Positions 27,089-40,000 of a stretch of 64,000 nucleotides of DNA are shown in pieces (within the stretch, counting starts at the first letter, position 1; each line of letters starts with the position of its first letter). Source of the stretch: Felis catus. Taxonomy: Eukaryota. The stretch lies in assembly GCF_018350175.1 (NCBI RefSeq), contig NC_058368.1, positions 154,692,001-154,756,000 on the forward strand. Direction: 5' to 3'. A program made the position numbers and the translations under genes. The notes below the pieces were generated by a model, which worked only from the letters and a program-made list of their open reading frames with translations, was not told where the DNA came from and searched no databases.

Positions 27089-30000
27089 AATGTTTTGTTT
27101 CGTTTTGTTTTTTTAAGTAATCCATGACGTGAAGGGTGATAAAAATTCTAGTAATTTACTTATTTTACATTGTTTTCACTATTATCCACCAATAACAATA
27201 AACAAGGAATCACTGTCATCAGTTTCTTTTAAATTCATACTTGTTAAGTAGTCTACATAGTTAAATAAAAAGTATGATTTCATGAAAAGTGCGTTAGAGT
27301 ACACGAATATATTCTCAAGACCTAAGTTAGCAAGCTCCTAACTTCTCATAAAGCTCTTAAAACAATGCAGTGAGGACTACTGAAAAAACTCAAAATGGCA
27401 AGAATAACTACTCCATAAATATAGGGCCAGTCTTCCTAGGTTAGTATTTAAGTTAAAGTGAAAACTCTTCCTCAAGTCTTTATCTCCAATCTAATAACTG
27501 TGCGAGCTCCACATCCAGTAAGTGATGTTTGCTATGAAACTTGTTTGAAGTTTTAACACTTCTAGGTAGTACAGGATTCTATGAATGCATGGAGAAAATT
27601 CCATACACACGGTCTCCTCAATCCTCTCTGTAATCTTAAACATTTAAAACATTTTTTGAAGATTCTAATTTGGCTCTGAATTTTGAGCGCTTCAGAGGAC
27701 ACTTGAGAAAGCATGGAAGGAGCTTTATATCAACTTGTTATGCTGCAATATTCCTTTTGTGCCATGTAGGAAAGAAAGAGATACAATTTCTCACATGATG
27801 GTTCTAAAAATATGAGCTATTGGCCCAATTTAATTCTAATTTTATTGATAGCTTAAACACCAGCTTTTATTATGAGAAAACATGTTTATAATTATGTTCC
27901 AACTGATGCCTTTCTGTGTTTTTCACTGTCCTAGGGGAGAAAAAGCACAGCCCACAACCTTATCTAAAGGACAGTACGAACGAAGGCTCACATATCAGAA
28001 ATGATGCATATATCAACCAAACTGAATGTAGGAATTTCTAAACTATTTATTTTGTTTTCCAAAAATATTTACATTGAATAAAATGAGCCATAGATGGTGA
28101 CAGATTTTGTGTCACCCTTCAGAGATGTATCATCTACTGCTTGAGGCCAAGAAATGAGAAGTTTCCATAATTAGTAAGCAAAATTGAATAATTGGACTGT
28201 GGTTTATGAGGGGTTTTTCCTCTAAAAATAAAAATCATGTAATCTTTAAGGCCTAGTTATGTGGGCTTACTTGATTTATTTTAACATAATTTAACAGAGC
28301 TACAAATAAATAATCAAGCATAGATTTCTTCACTCTTTTACTAAAGTATCCACACAATAGCTTTCTACTCAAGAGTTTTTTTCGATAAAAGTATACTATT
28401 TAATTTCAATATAAATTTACAGCAAGATTAAGAAAAATAAAGAGGGCTCCCTTAATAGAATGAAACACTTGAGAGTCAACATCTGAATTATAACACTGTG
28501 AAAAGATAAAACTAATTTGACTCATATTTGCCTCTGAGGCAAAGATTTGTTTTGAATGAGCATCTCTTAACAAATATCACATTTATTATATCTTTACCCA
28601 TTCTATTCTCACATTATGTTCTATAGTAGAACGTGCTTTGCTAGGCAGAACTGTAAAGTACTTATAATTTGATGACGTACTGAAAAAGTATTTCAATTGC
28701 TTTCTTCAATCATTCACTCATTCACTCATTCATCAATTCAGTTGATATGAATCGAATGTCTGTGTCTTAGATGCCAGGGTTGTAATCATTAAGAAAATAA
28801 AATGCCTGCTATAAAGGAACGTGTAGTCTAAATCCATGATGGAAAGGGACAGTTACTGTTACCTAATTTAAGCCTGAAGGATTTGTTATAATCCAAATTT
28901 TTAGTGAAATCTCAACTAATCTTGGGTCCTTTATTGGCATTGGTTTCTTTGATCACTGACTGACACCCTGAAGAATGACTCAAATAGCTATTGTGTTTGC
29001 TTTTTCAATTTTTTGACTTAAGGCTGGTTATGGAAAATGTTGAGTAGATGAACATTCTTCACCAGGTTCTCTCTAGTTGACTCACCAACTTTTAAGATAT
29101 TTTCAACCATTCAGTTTATCCATAAACTTTAAGAAAGAATTCAGAAGCATTTATGGTGCCCTTCAGAAATCAGGCACTGAAAAAAATTATAATGTAGATA
29201 TCCCAAAATATCAATATTGGTGGATTATTGGTCTTAAGTTTCCAGAGAAACTTCTGGGTTCTGAGTACCTGAGGCACATACAAGGCATAGAGAACTTTTT
29301 ACATCATTCAACAAATTTTACTGTCACATATATAATATAAACTTGACCTCTGGAAGTTAGTTTTTTTGAAGTCATGTATGTGACTGTGTGTACGTTTTTT
29401 TGGGGGGGTAAAACTTCAGAGACTCTAAATTTTAACATTTTCTGGTAGTTTTGCCTTGTCTCTACAATAAAGTCCTAGACCTTTCTATGCCCACTATTAT
29501 CAAAGTTGGCAGCAGTATTTCTGATAGTATTATAAGGTCATTTCCAGAAATACCATCTCAGAGAAGCAGTAGCCTTGGGCACACTGTTTGATCATGGCAG
29601 AACACAAGATTATAAGTGTGAAAGTGGAAAAAGGCAAAGTTGGGTGTTAAGTATGATACCACTTCTAGAAATATCCTAGTGGTTATATGTCACAACGATA
29701 ACATTTTTTTAAGTTTACTTTGTTTTTTTTAAGTTGATTTTTAATAGCATGCATGTTTTCATCAATTTCACTAAGTGTTCATGTACCATTGTCACAAAAT
29801 CTATCATTATAATATTATACATAACATCTTTATTTCTGTTATATTAAAAAAGCATTGACACATTGGAAAAACATCTACATTTGCTTTGTATTTGCATTGC
29901 AAAATAATTTGCATTTCTCAGTAGAGCTTATTTTAACAATTATATAAGTAAAGAAAAGGGTACTATTATCAATGCCTAGATTTTTCATGGCTACAATTAA

Positions 30001-30759
30001 TGATTCAGTAACTATTCTTTTGCTATTGAAGTCAGTATTACGTTGATTTATATATAAATTTCCCTACAATAGCATAATTCAGATATTTATTTTCACAGGA
30101 TGAACATTTAGGTTTTAAGTAGGTGATAGGAGCTACTGTGTAGCCTCTAAATGGGAACAGTAAAAACTGGGAACCCCAAAATGAAGAAATAAGTAAATAC
30201 CTCCTTTGATGTCATCAGACTGCATTTTCAAAAAATTTTTTCATCTCTGTGGCAGCACCTTTATTTTCAGATGCTTAGAAGCTTCCTGATCTCATTACAC
30301 ACTTTCTTGCTTCTATTCATGTAACTTTCAGACAAACTAATGTTTAACTATTTAGGTAGCTCTCTGCCAGATATTTGCAGATTACATAATTTTATTTATC
30401 ATATTACTACATTGACATGTTTTAAACCAATAAATTCTATTGTTAAGAATAGTATGTCCTCACAGACTCATCTAAAATCCTTCAGGAAGAAATAATTTGT
30501 GGGCACTTACAGATATAAGGAGAGATGGTTTTCTCAAGTGATTCAAGCATTTATTTAGCATTTACTGTATGCAAAATAATTTTTTTAAAAAAAGGCTAGA
30601 TGTTTGGTGTATTCATTCCAAACCATACAGAAAGAGTTCTTTGGCAATGTGATTTAATTTTATATTCTAAATTATCCTGATTCTCCTTTCATAGAAACGG
30701 AATTGATTTAAATGTGAACATAAATTTTAATAGTGTGATAATACTATACATCTCAACTT

Positions 30760-31020
30760 CTTTTCAAGTTTTTATTTATATTCTAGTTAGTTAACAAATA
30801 TAGTAAAATTGGTTTTGGGTGTAGAATTTAGTGATTCATGATTTACATATAACACCCAGTGCTCATCCCAACAAGTGTCCTTCTTAATACCCATCACCCA
30901 TTTAGTCCATCCTCCACCCACCTCCCTCCACCAAGCCTTAGTATGTTCTCTATAGTTGAGTCTCTTGCTTCCCTCTCTTTTTATTTTCCCTTGCCCTGTG
31001 TTCATCTATTTTGTATCTTA
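30760..31020 (-). mobile_element. Carnivore L1 3' end
   Basis: ttcaagtttttattt...gtagaatttagtgattca...aacacccagtgctcatcccaacaagtg. Confidence 0.88.
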
Positions 31021-31109
31021 GCCAACTTTAACTTTGACAAAGACATTGCAATTTGTCACCCCTTTGAGTCCATTTACAAGACTTACCTGATTGAATAGGA
31101 TCATTCAGA

Positions 31110-31349
31110 TTTTTGTTGTTTGTTTTTGTTTTTAATGTTTATTTATTTGGAGAGAGAGAGAAGGAGAGAGAGAAAGAGACATAGCACATGTCTGAGCAGG
31201 ATAGGGGCAGAGAGATGGAGAGAGAGAAATCTGAAGCAGGCTTCATGCTGTCAGCACAGAGCTCAATGTGGGGCTCAGTCCTCGAACTGTAAGATCGTGA
31301 CCTGAGCCAAACTCAAGAGTCAGATGCTTAACTGGATGAGCCACCCAGG
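31110..31349 (-). mobile_element. Can-SINE, a few nt short at the 5' end
   Basis: TSD-like AGGAT(C/T)ATTCAG at 31097 and 31347. Confidence 0.92.
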
Positions 31350-32169
31350 ATTATTCAGTTTGAATTCACTATGAAGTTATTTCAACAGTATTATTGAATC
31401 GTTTGCTTATGGAATGTCACTAAATTGCAGGTTTGCCTATAACTCTTTGTTTTCTCTGTTTTGCTCTTAAATTTTAAAGGAAAGGAAACTGCTAGCCCCT
31501 CAGCACTATATTCATATATTTTGGGTCTAGGGAATAAAAATGATGAACGTGAATAACTAGGATATGCGTTCACTAATCCTGTTCCTTCCCTGAAGAGGAT
31601 AAAATTATGAGAATGTAAACATTCATGTTTCAAAAGAAGATATCTGCCTGCTAAACCTTAGTCTGGCTACTATTAGAAATGGTGCCCTGAAGAAAACAGG
31701 GAATTAAGGAAACTACTTTCCTCTAGACTAAGGGATACCTGACTCCTCATCAGTTACAACTCAGAACCCTACTGAGTTGGTTTTCTCACTTTGAAATCAA
31801 CTGCCACTACTCGGTACTCTTCAAGATTACTCTGGGATAAGTCACAGAGAAGTCTCCTTTTTCCCATGCTCTCAAGACTTCCTACAGAACGAGAATGTGC
31901 TCTGTTCTCCTCTGCTCCAAACAGAAGTAACTGCCCAATACCACCTATCTCATTGCAGGGTAACACAGTTTCAATAGTAATGACCCTTAACTTGATAGCT
32001 GATTAGATATGTAAACATGCCTATTCTGTAATAGTCTTTTCTAAAAATTTGGATGGCATCATGAAGTATAATTACAAGTACTCAAAGTAATTTCACCCTA
32101 AATATCTGTTTTACACTTAGGATCCATTGTCCTGCTCCTTAAAGGATTAATAAGAGAAGAGGAGAACAT

Positions 32170-32801
32170 AATTTTTTTTGTAAAAGTGGGTTTGGGAAAA
32201 CCAAAGGACAAAGAGGACTGGTGCTTAACCCTCACCATTTAACGCAGTGGTCAGAAAAGCTCTATCACCCTAGTGCTACCCTCTCAACCAGCATGGATGG
32301 TCCAGGAGATGGAGCGGAAGGATGGCTCAGTGAGATATCTAGCCATATAGTTCTGACACAAAACGTGATCCAGTAAGTCAGGGGGAAAGCTTCAAGTTTC
32401 CTGTGACCCAAGAGAGAGGCAAAACAATTGCAGTGTCTTGGGCATTACTGAGGCCATTCAAAGAGCTGGAAGAGAAGGAGAGGCCCTGTAGGTCCAGAAG
32501 AATACAGGAGGTATGTGCTTGGTCCCAAAGCCTAATTCTTTAGGTAAATAGATGCCCCTGCAAATGCCAGTTTAGGTAATGGCAAAGGCAGCGAGCAAGA
32601 TAACCATTGTGACCCCAATGGGGGGGTCAACCACTGCACAACCCCAGAGGCATAGATTTCCACCCATAGGAATGGATAGAAGACACCCTGAATGGCTAAT
32701 ATTATCTTCCAAGTTTAGACCTGAAGTAGAACCTATAGAAAATTAAAATGTTATACTCCTCACGAAGCTGTAATCAAGTACTGAGATTCATTCCTGCCAC
32801 A
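32170..32801 (+). mobile_element. Possible ancient LTR (MamGypLTR-like)
   Basis: GC-richer block ending actgagattcattcctgccaca, resembling recalled Gypsy-type mammalian LTR ends; weak. Confidence 0.35.
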
Positions 32802-33401
32802 ACACAGTCTTTAGAGCAGACTAAATGAGGAGCACTCCTGCTCAACACATGAAAGACTGGGTTACAAAAGAGGGTGTGTCTCAAAACACATATTCAAACG
32901 ACATAGTCACTACCTGCTATAAAAAAGGTGTGATTTACTTACGTATTGGGTCCTTGCTTTCATAATCCCACATTCATATTGGAATAACAGTTTAATTAGA
33001 CACTATAGCTTCACCAGTGGTTAGTTCATAAAAATTGAATTTTAAAAGAATTCATATTTTGTTTTTTATGAATTGTTATTTCCTAATCATTATTTTACAC
33101 CAATATCATTGATGCCAAAATGATAGGATAAAATTTATAACTCAGTCCTAAAAAACAGCCAACACTCTCCTGGGGTAAAATTGGGGGCGGATGGCCTGAG
33201 TGTTTGAGGTAAAGTTCTTTCTTTGATTTTCTTCACATCTACAAATACCATTTCCAAAATAAAATCTAAATCCAGGTATAATGTAATTTCAAAGAACTCT
33301 TTGACCTTTAGGGAAAAAGTGTCTGCTTTTTAAAAAGAAAACACAATTTGTTACAAAGAATTTAAAATACAAAGAATTAGTTACTTGCCTCCCATGAAAA
33401 A

Positions 33402-33450
33402 GTGTGTGTGTGTGTGTGTGTGTGTGCGCGTGCGCGCGCGCCCGCGCGCA
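33402..33450. repeat. (GT)n-(CG)n alternating purine-pyrimidine tract
   Basis: About 12 GT units followed by a tract with 9 CpGs. Confidence 0.92.
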
Positions 33451-33459
33451 GGCATGAAT

Positions 33460-33476
33460 GAGCCACCTGTTGGCCA
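33460..33476 (-). promoter_or_regulatory. CTCF-like motif
   Basis: Minus strand reads TGGCCAACAGGTGGCTC, close to TGGCCACCAGGTGGCGC; CTAGTGCC upstream resembles the upstream module. Confidence 0.5.
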
Positions 33477-34160
33477 CACCTCAGGCACTAGTACTAAGGC
33501 TATTTCCGGTTAATTTAAATGAACCATATGCAGAATTGTGGTGAAAAAGATGGAAATTTACATAACATGAATTGAAGACCTAAAATCAAGATTGCAACAA
33601 ACCAAAAGGAAAACCAAAGTATTTTGCCTAACTTAATTGTCTCTATTGGAAATTTCTTTCATAGAAAACAAATCCTTTGACTGTATAAGGCCTAAAGTGC
33701 AAATGCATTCTATGGAACAAAATTAACATGTACAGTGCAATTTGTCAATGAATGATAACAGACTTTTAGTGAGAGCAAGTTTTAATTTCAATAAAAGCAG
33801 TTGCAGGGAGAGTCCAAGGGCAATGGCTGCCCAAAGGGAAGGTTTTGTGCAAGTTGTGGGAGATGCCCAAGAAATAAGGCAGTGTTGCCTTAAATTCATA
33901 TCATGATTTGCCCCATTAGTCAGCCATGCTGGGACTAGAGTGATTTTCAAATAGTTCTTGACACCTCAAATTTATTACGTTTCATTTCTTTAGTGTATTT
34001 AATGAGCTCCTACTATCTCTTAGGCATTCAGGATACAGCAAAGAACAAAATCAACAAAACTTCCTGTCCTCAAAAATTTTCCAGCATTATGTCAGAGTTA
34101 CAGGAGTTGCAGAGATAAAGCAAGGAAAGGAAACTAAGAGACATCTTGGATATTAGTGGG

Positions 34161-34360
34161 TTTTATTTTGTTTCATTTTTTAAATTTATTTATTTTGAGA
34201 GAGAGAGACAGTGGGGAGGGCCAGAGAGACAGGGAGAGGGAGAATCCCAAGCTCTCAGCACAGAGCCCAACCCAGGGCTCCATCCCAAGAACCCTGAGAT
34301 CATGACCTGAGCCAAAATCAGGAGTCAGGCACTTAACTGACTGAGCCACCCAGGGACCCC
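34161..34360 (-). mobile_element. Can-SINE, older subfamily, inserted in an L2 relic
   Basis: gagatcatgacctgagccaaaatcaggagtcaggcacttaactgactgagccacccagg; L2-like sequence on both flanks. Confidence 0.9.
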
Positions 34361-37037
34361 TGGTAGATTTGTAATTTTAAACTAGGTACTGACAGAAGGT
34401 ACAGAGAGGTAATTAAAGATCTTAACAAGATGGAGGAGTAAGTCATGCAACTATGCTGGGGAAGGGCATGTTGAAATCTCTGAAAAGCCTGATGCACAAA
34501 CAATTTTGTTGAATTTCACTCCAGCTGTGTCTGTCGACAACCTTCATATGATGTATAGTTCAGTTAAACGTAGAGATTTATAATAGTGTTCATATCAGTT
34601 CATCTACATACATGTCTAATACATGCATGTTTGTCTATATTTATATATATCCTTACAAATATTTATATTTATTTTATAAATGTTACTTCTCATAATTTTT
34701 TATGATAAACATTTCGATTTATCTTATCTAATAGACAGGAATGGGCATAATGAATTAGACTAGAAAGAATCTTTTCTTTACTCTGTCATTCAAAATAAGA
34801 GTTCTAAAGCTAATCAGGATATTTTTACCTGGGAGGGTAATCTAGAGACAAAAATAAGAATACCCACTATTATATCTCATTAAGTCTTAAAAAAATTAAA
34901 CTCCCTAATTTAACAGTTAAATTTTGTAATTTAATTGATTTTATAATTAGGAACTATCATACCTCTTTTTTTACTTTATTTTCATCTTTAGATGAAAATT
35001 ATGACAACTCTTCAATATATTTTTAGTTAAAAATAAAAGTATGATATATATTTGTGAAATTTGAAGGACACTATCAACCACAGTGGAGTCAGATTTGTCC
35101 AGATTTGCAAGCCCATTTATTTTTATAAAAACAGCCTGACTGATACACCTCAACTTGCATTCTACAGAAAGGCTACCTCTGATATTGAGAGGTTTTTACA
35201 AAACAAAAAAATATTCAGCTTAAAAAAAAAACTCCTTTCTATAACAAATCAATGTATTCCAATACATCCACTCAGTAGCTGTGGCTTAACTACGGTTTGG
35301 GAGATTTCGTGAGAGAACGAAATGAAGGCAAGAGGAGTGGGAAGGAAAATTAAAAAAATGATACTGCCTAGCTACAAGCTGCAGAGGGAAATTAATATTC
35401 AAAAGGTTAAGGTGTCTGTGAAATGTATGTAATGAGTAACACTCATAGTTTGTTACTATAGGTTCATTGCCTCTAATGTTGAGGACGGCACATGGATAAT
35501 TTACGATTCCCATTGTCCCCTCTGCAGGGATTAATTCTGAATTATTTATGTACCTATATACGCAGAGAACTGAAACATTTTAGTTAAAGTCAGCCACTCA
35601 CTCATAGTCTTGAAATTATGCAGCCCTTGTTGCTAAAAATGATGTTAGCCTCTTGTGATTTAAGTCATAACATTTTATTTTCAGTCCCACTGAGAGAGAA
35701 GGCATACAGGAGGGGGAAAAAGATATATTTTTCTAGAATAAATCTCAGAATGCATTTTTTAAAGATGTAAATAGATAATGGTAATTTTGTTGAGTCAAAT
35801 TATTGTTGGAGAGAGCATGTAAATAAACCTTTATTTTATTCATGATTTGTGATTTTGTGCTGGAACACTCTACAACTTGTTTTCATATTGGTATCTTTAA
35901 ATACAAAGCTTCTGTGTTTCAATAAAGGGACTTCCACCTACGTGTTAATTAATCAAAGAATGAAATTTCATTTTTGGAAAATTGTACTAATCCATTCAGG
36001 TTTAACACCAAACCGTTTCATTTAGTCAACTGAATTCAGAAAAAGTACTGTTTCCTCTTAAACTCCAGTGATTACTCACCACTATTAAAGGCTCCTTTGA
36101 CTCCATCAGAATTGGGGGAGGGGGGAATGCAGGTATGACGCACTTCTCTGGAAAAATAATAGATTATATTCTGGGTTGACAATGTGTTTGATAGGTGCTA
36201 CCCTTGTCAACATAAGACCATCACACTTTTTGATGAAATGAATTATTTTGAAACACTGTGTACATTTAACACGTATTTTTTACATGTTTTGGTGGAAATT
36301 ACAAGTTCCCATATATTTAACCAGGTTTTTTTTTTTTGACTGAAAAACATCAAAAGGTCTCATATACAATTCGTTTAAGAAAAAATATCTGAATAAAAAC
36401 GGTCTCCAAACAACCAACCCTGGGCCTTTGGAATTCAGATTACCCAGTCTCTTATGATCTTAGGAATTATGTTTCCCTAATAATTAGGGCACATCTCAAG
36501 TAGACACCATGCTGTACAGGGTATTGAGTATTAAAACAGGGAATTAGAATATTCAAAAGCAAAATATATATGCGTATATAAAGATATGCCACATATAAGA
36601 CATTAATTTCTCCTTTAGCCCCTACCCCACACAATTCAACAATTGCTAATAAATTAAGAGGAGGGGCATATTGATGTACTGCTTGACTATAACACAAAGA
36701 AGTGTAGTTAGCAAAAAGCTGCAGTGGGTAATGAACAGTATTTTAACTCGGCAGTTTAACCTCCGTGTCTGTCAGCTGTGACCTTTTACCAACCCCAATG
36801 AGAGTCTGATTTCTCACTTTTGCTACTCACTGCTGGATGAGTGAATGTAGAATTTGACAGCGAGAGGTTTTACATGAAAAGGAAAGGTACTTAAAAAGCA
36901 TGTTTTGTGATGATAGGCTACATTTATTCACTGTTCATTACACTGGGTGCAGCCGCAGCGCTGGTGGATTGATTGGGTGTGAGCGCTTGTCTGCTGTGGA
37001 AGTGAAGAGGTGTTATTGACCTGCATGGGAGCTCAAG

Positions 37038-37076
37038 TGACCTTTAGATGACCCCCCTTTCACCTGAAATTGACCT
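37038..37076 (-). promoter_or_regulatory. Tandem DR5 nuclear-receptor element (RARE-like), four half-sites
   Basis: Minus strand AGGTCA-atttc-AGGTGA-aaggg-GGGTCA-tctaa-AGGTCA; all four match RGKTSA with 5-nt spacers. Confidence 0.55.
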
Positions 37077-40000
37077 TGAAAACAACCTAGGGTTCACTCC
37101 CATTTAAATAGGGGGGAAATGCTTCTAACAGCATGTGAATTATTAGAATTGATATATTGAGCATTTCCTTTTCTTCCCCCCCCCCCTTTTTTTTTTTTTT
37201 TTTTTTACTTTTACAGAGGTAAATGCATGTAGGGGGTAAGGCGAGTGTTGGCTTTTAAATTTCCAGACCCTGCAGCTGCTCTGCTTAGTGTTTGTACAGA
37301 TTTATGGAGGAGGCCAACCAGACTTTGGACCGCTTGATGTAAAATTTTACCATTCATCATTATTGATTAGAGTCCACACTCTGTGACAGAGCCCAAACCT
37401 TACTATGACAATTGCTATTTCAGTTGTTATGGGCCATAATGGGCCATAGGGATGATTTAAAGGAGCACAATAGCTATCTGTAATTACACATGAATAATCC
37501 ATGAATTCTACACCACAACGCTTGTGATCAGACCCTAACAACCAAGGCTTGAGACATTTATTCTTGTTCTCTCTTTGGCATCTGTGCCAAAAGTTGCCAA
37601 TTTATGAAAATTTAAGCACAACAAGCTTACCCTCTCCCATGTTCAAAGTTTTTTTCTTTCTTAGTTAAAAACAAATCACACACTTGGAAACTGATAGCAT
37701 ATTGCCTTTTTACAGATGATGGGATCAATAACTGAACTCGCTTCTTAATAGAAAAGAATGCCATTATTTCATCAATTAGCAACAAGTAAATATACTAGAA
37801 ATTTGGTATGACTGCTGCTGGAACCAGAGGAGAAAAAGCAGAACATTTACTACTATTGTTTTCACCTTTTAAACAAATATTTTCCTTGGAGCCTTTAATG
37901 TCATGCTTGGTCAGAAAGTTGGGGGAGGGGGTGGAAATCAAGACCATAAATTAGTTACAATGGTACAATGGAAATGTGATTGGTCTTAGGCAAGCTTTAA
38001 TAACTGTTGAAACTAATATGCTAACCTAGGGATTCATATGTTGGACTTCAACACTAAATTACTCTTTAATTTTATGTGAAATGGAGACAGGGAGAAAATG
38101 CCCACCAAAATGTTTGCCTACGTGCAACCCCTAACGTCCAAAGGGCTGGCACAAACACACCTAATAAAAAATCACATTTGTTAGTGGGTCTTCAAATTAT
38201 TCTCACATCCAGAATCTGTCTTGGAGGGGAGACCACTCCATGGATATGGCAATTTCAAAGATAGTTTTATGCGTGGCCAATTTTTTTCAGAAGACTCCAA
38301 CACTTCTAGATCCGAGAATGGGAAATCTACACAAAGTTTGTAAGCTTGTTTCTTCTAGCTCTTAGAATTTGTGTAACCAACTACTAGATTTACTTATTTT
38401 GAGATTTTGATTTCCTGACAATTTAGGAAACCACTTTGGCAATGTTTTGGGTCTATCTACCACATATTCCAGAAAAGTCTTCCTTCTGCCTGGTTTGCAA
38501 CATTACAGTAGTTCAACCTATTTGGGGCATAGTCGTGTTGTTTAACTCAGATGCATTTTTCATACTGTTCAAATATTTACATGCTGGGCTACAGGCTTAT
38601 TAGCAATCTGGTGAAGTATTTGTAAATCTGGATCAAAATTCTGACAGGATATTTATTGCATTGACTTGACCTATTTTCTATCTAAAGCCCTACTCCATAA
38701 TTCTTGTTTCATTTGATGTTAATCCTATGCATAAAAGGCAGTAACCACAACATTTGTACACAATAACACTCTAACATCCACACAGGAGGATTCTCCTAAT
38801 CTGACTGCCCCCTACCTCCCTCAGCGTGTGAGGTGTGTGTGTGAGGGGCTTACACCTGTGATTGCTTTAAAGCTCCATGAGCTCCTGACTTAACCAGCAC
38901 ACGTTATCTAGGGCATTTTACTTTCCTCATCTCTCCTTACAGTGACGATCCAGTGCAAGAGTCCTCAGCAAGGAGAAGACCAGCAAACTGCCAATATTCT
39001 AATTTAAGATTAGATCATACTTAGTCATCCTTGGGAACCTTTTCTTCCCTTCAAATTGTTGTAATATTGCTATGTGCTTTGGATATTCCATTAAATGGGT
39101 TTCACTGCAAAACTGAAATGTAACCTCAAGTTTTGAAAAGCAACTGATTTAAAATTAAACAAAAGGCAGTTTTTTCGCCAAGTCGTATAAATGATTTTTT
39201 TTTCAAATATTATTTCTTTCTAACTGTTCTCATTTGTCTGTACATCAAATAAACCCAAAGCAGGGGCACGTCTTCTTGAATAGCAAATTCTTTACAAAAT
39301 ACAACAAGAACGAGGGCTTGTAATTGGTGTAACATTAAAAATCCATGTATTTATCTAGTCAGCCTCCATCTCATCTTTGTTCCTACCTCTCTATAAAGGG
39401 TAAGGCAGTTTTGCCCAAAGGAAGAAATAAAAGGGAATCCTCGTTAAAAGGTACATTAACGAAAAAAGAAAAGCTTTATTGAGGACATGTGCAGAAAGGG
39501 ATGTTTGAGTAGTAAATGATAATTTACTTTTGAGGTATATTAAAAAGGTTTAATCTTACTGATCATGAGTTAAATTGGATGTTTTAATCAGTTAGCGAGT
39601 GCCAAAAATAATTATGCCAGAGCGCTTAGTCTGCGGAACATGTACACAAAGCATATAAATCCTCTGCTTCCCCAGGGATTTCTCAGAATAACACATAACT
39701 AAAAGACAAAAGCGATATCAAACTCATGTAAATTAACATTGCAAATGATCTGAAAAATATAATAAATAACATGATCCCATCACTTTGAATATGCAGCACA
39801 GGCAAGGGTGTCCAACACAAATATATGCATTAATCTCCTGTATCCTTACTAAACTTCTTCAGTAAACTTTTCTTCCATGTACTTTCTACAGTTCAATTCA
39901 AGGTCATTCCTTTCACTGAAAGAGCTGGGCTGGGTGACAGAGCATAGAAATCTGTGTTCCTTTTAGAAATAATTGTGAAAAATAGGATTATTTTCCTAAT

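Noticed and set aside
33025..33072. AT-only inverted repeat TTCATAAAAA / TTTTTATGAA
   Set aside because: Expected by chance at this AT content.
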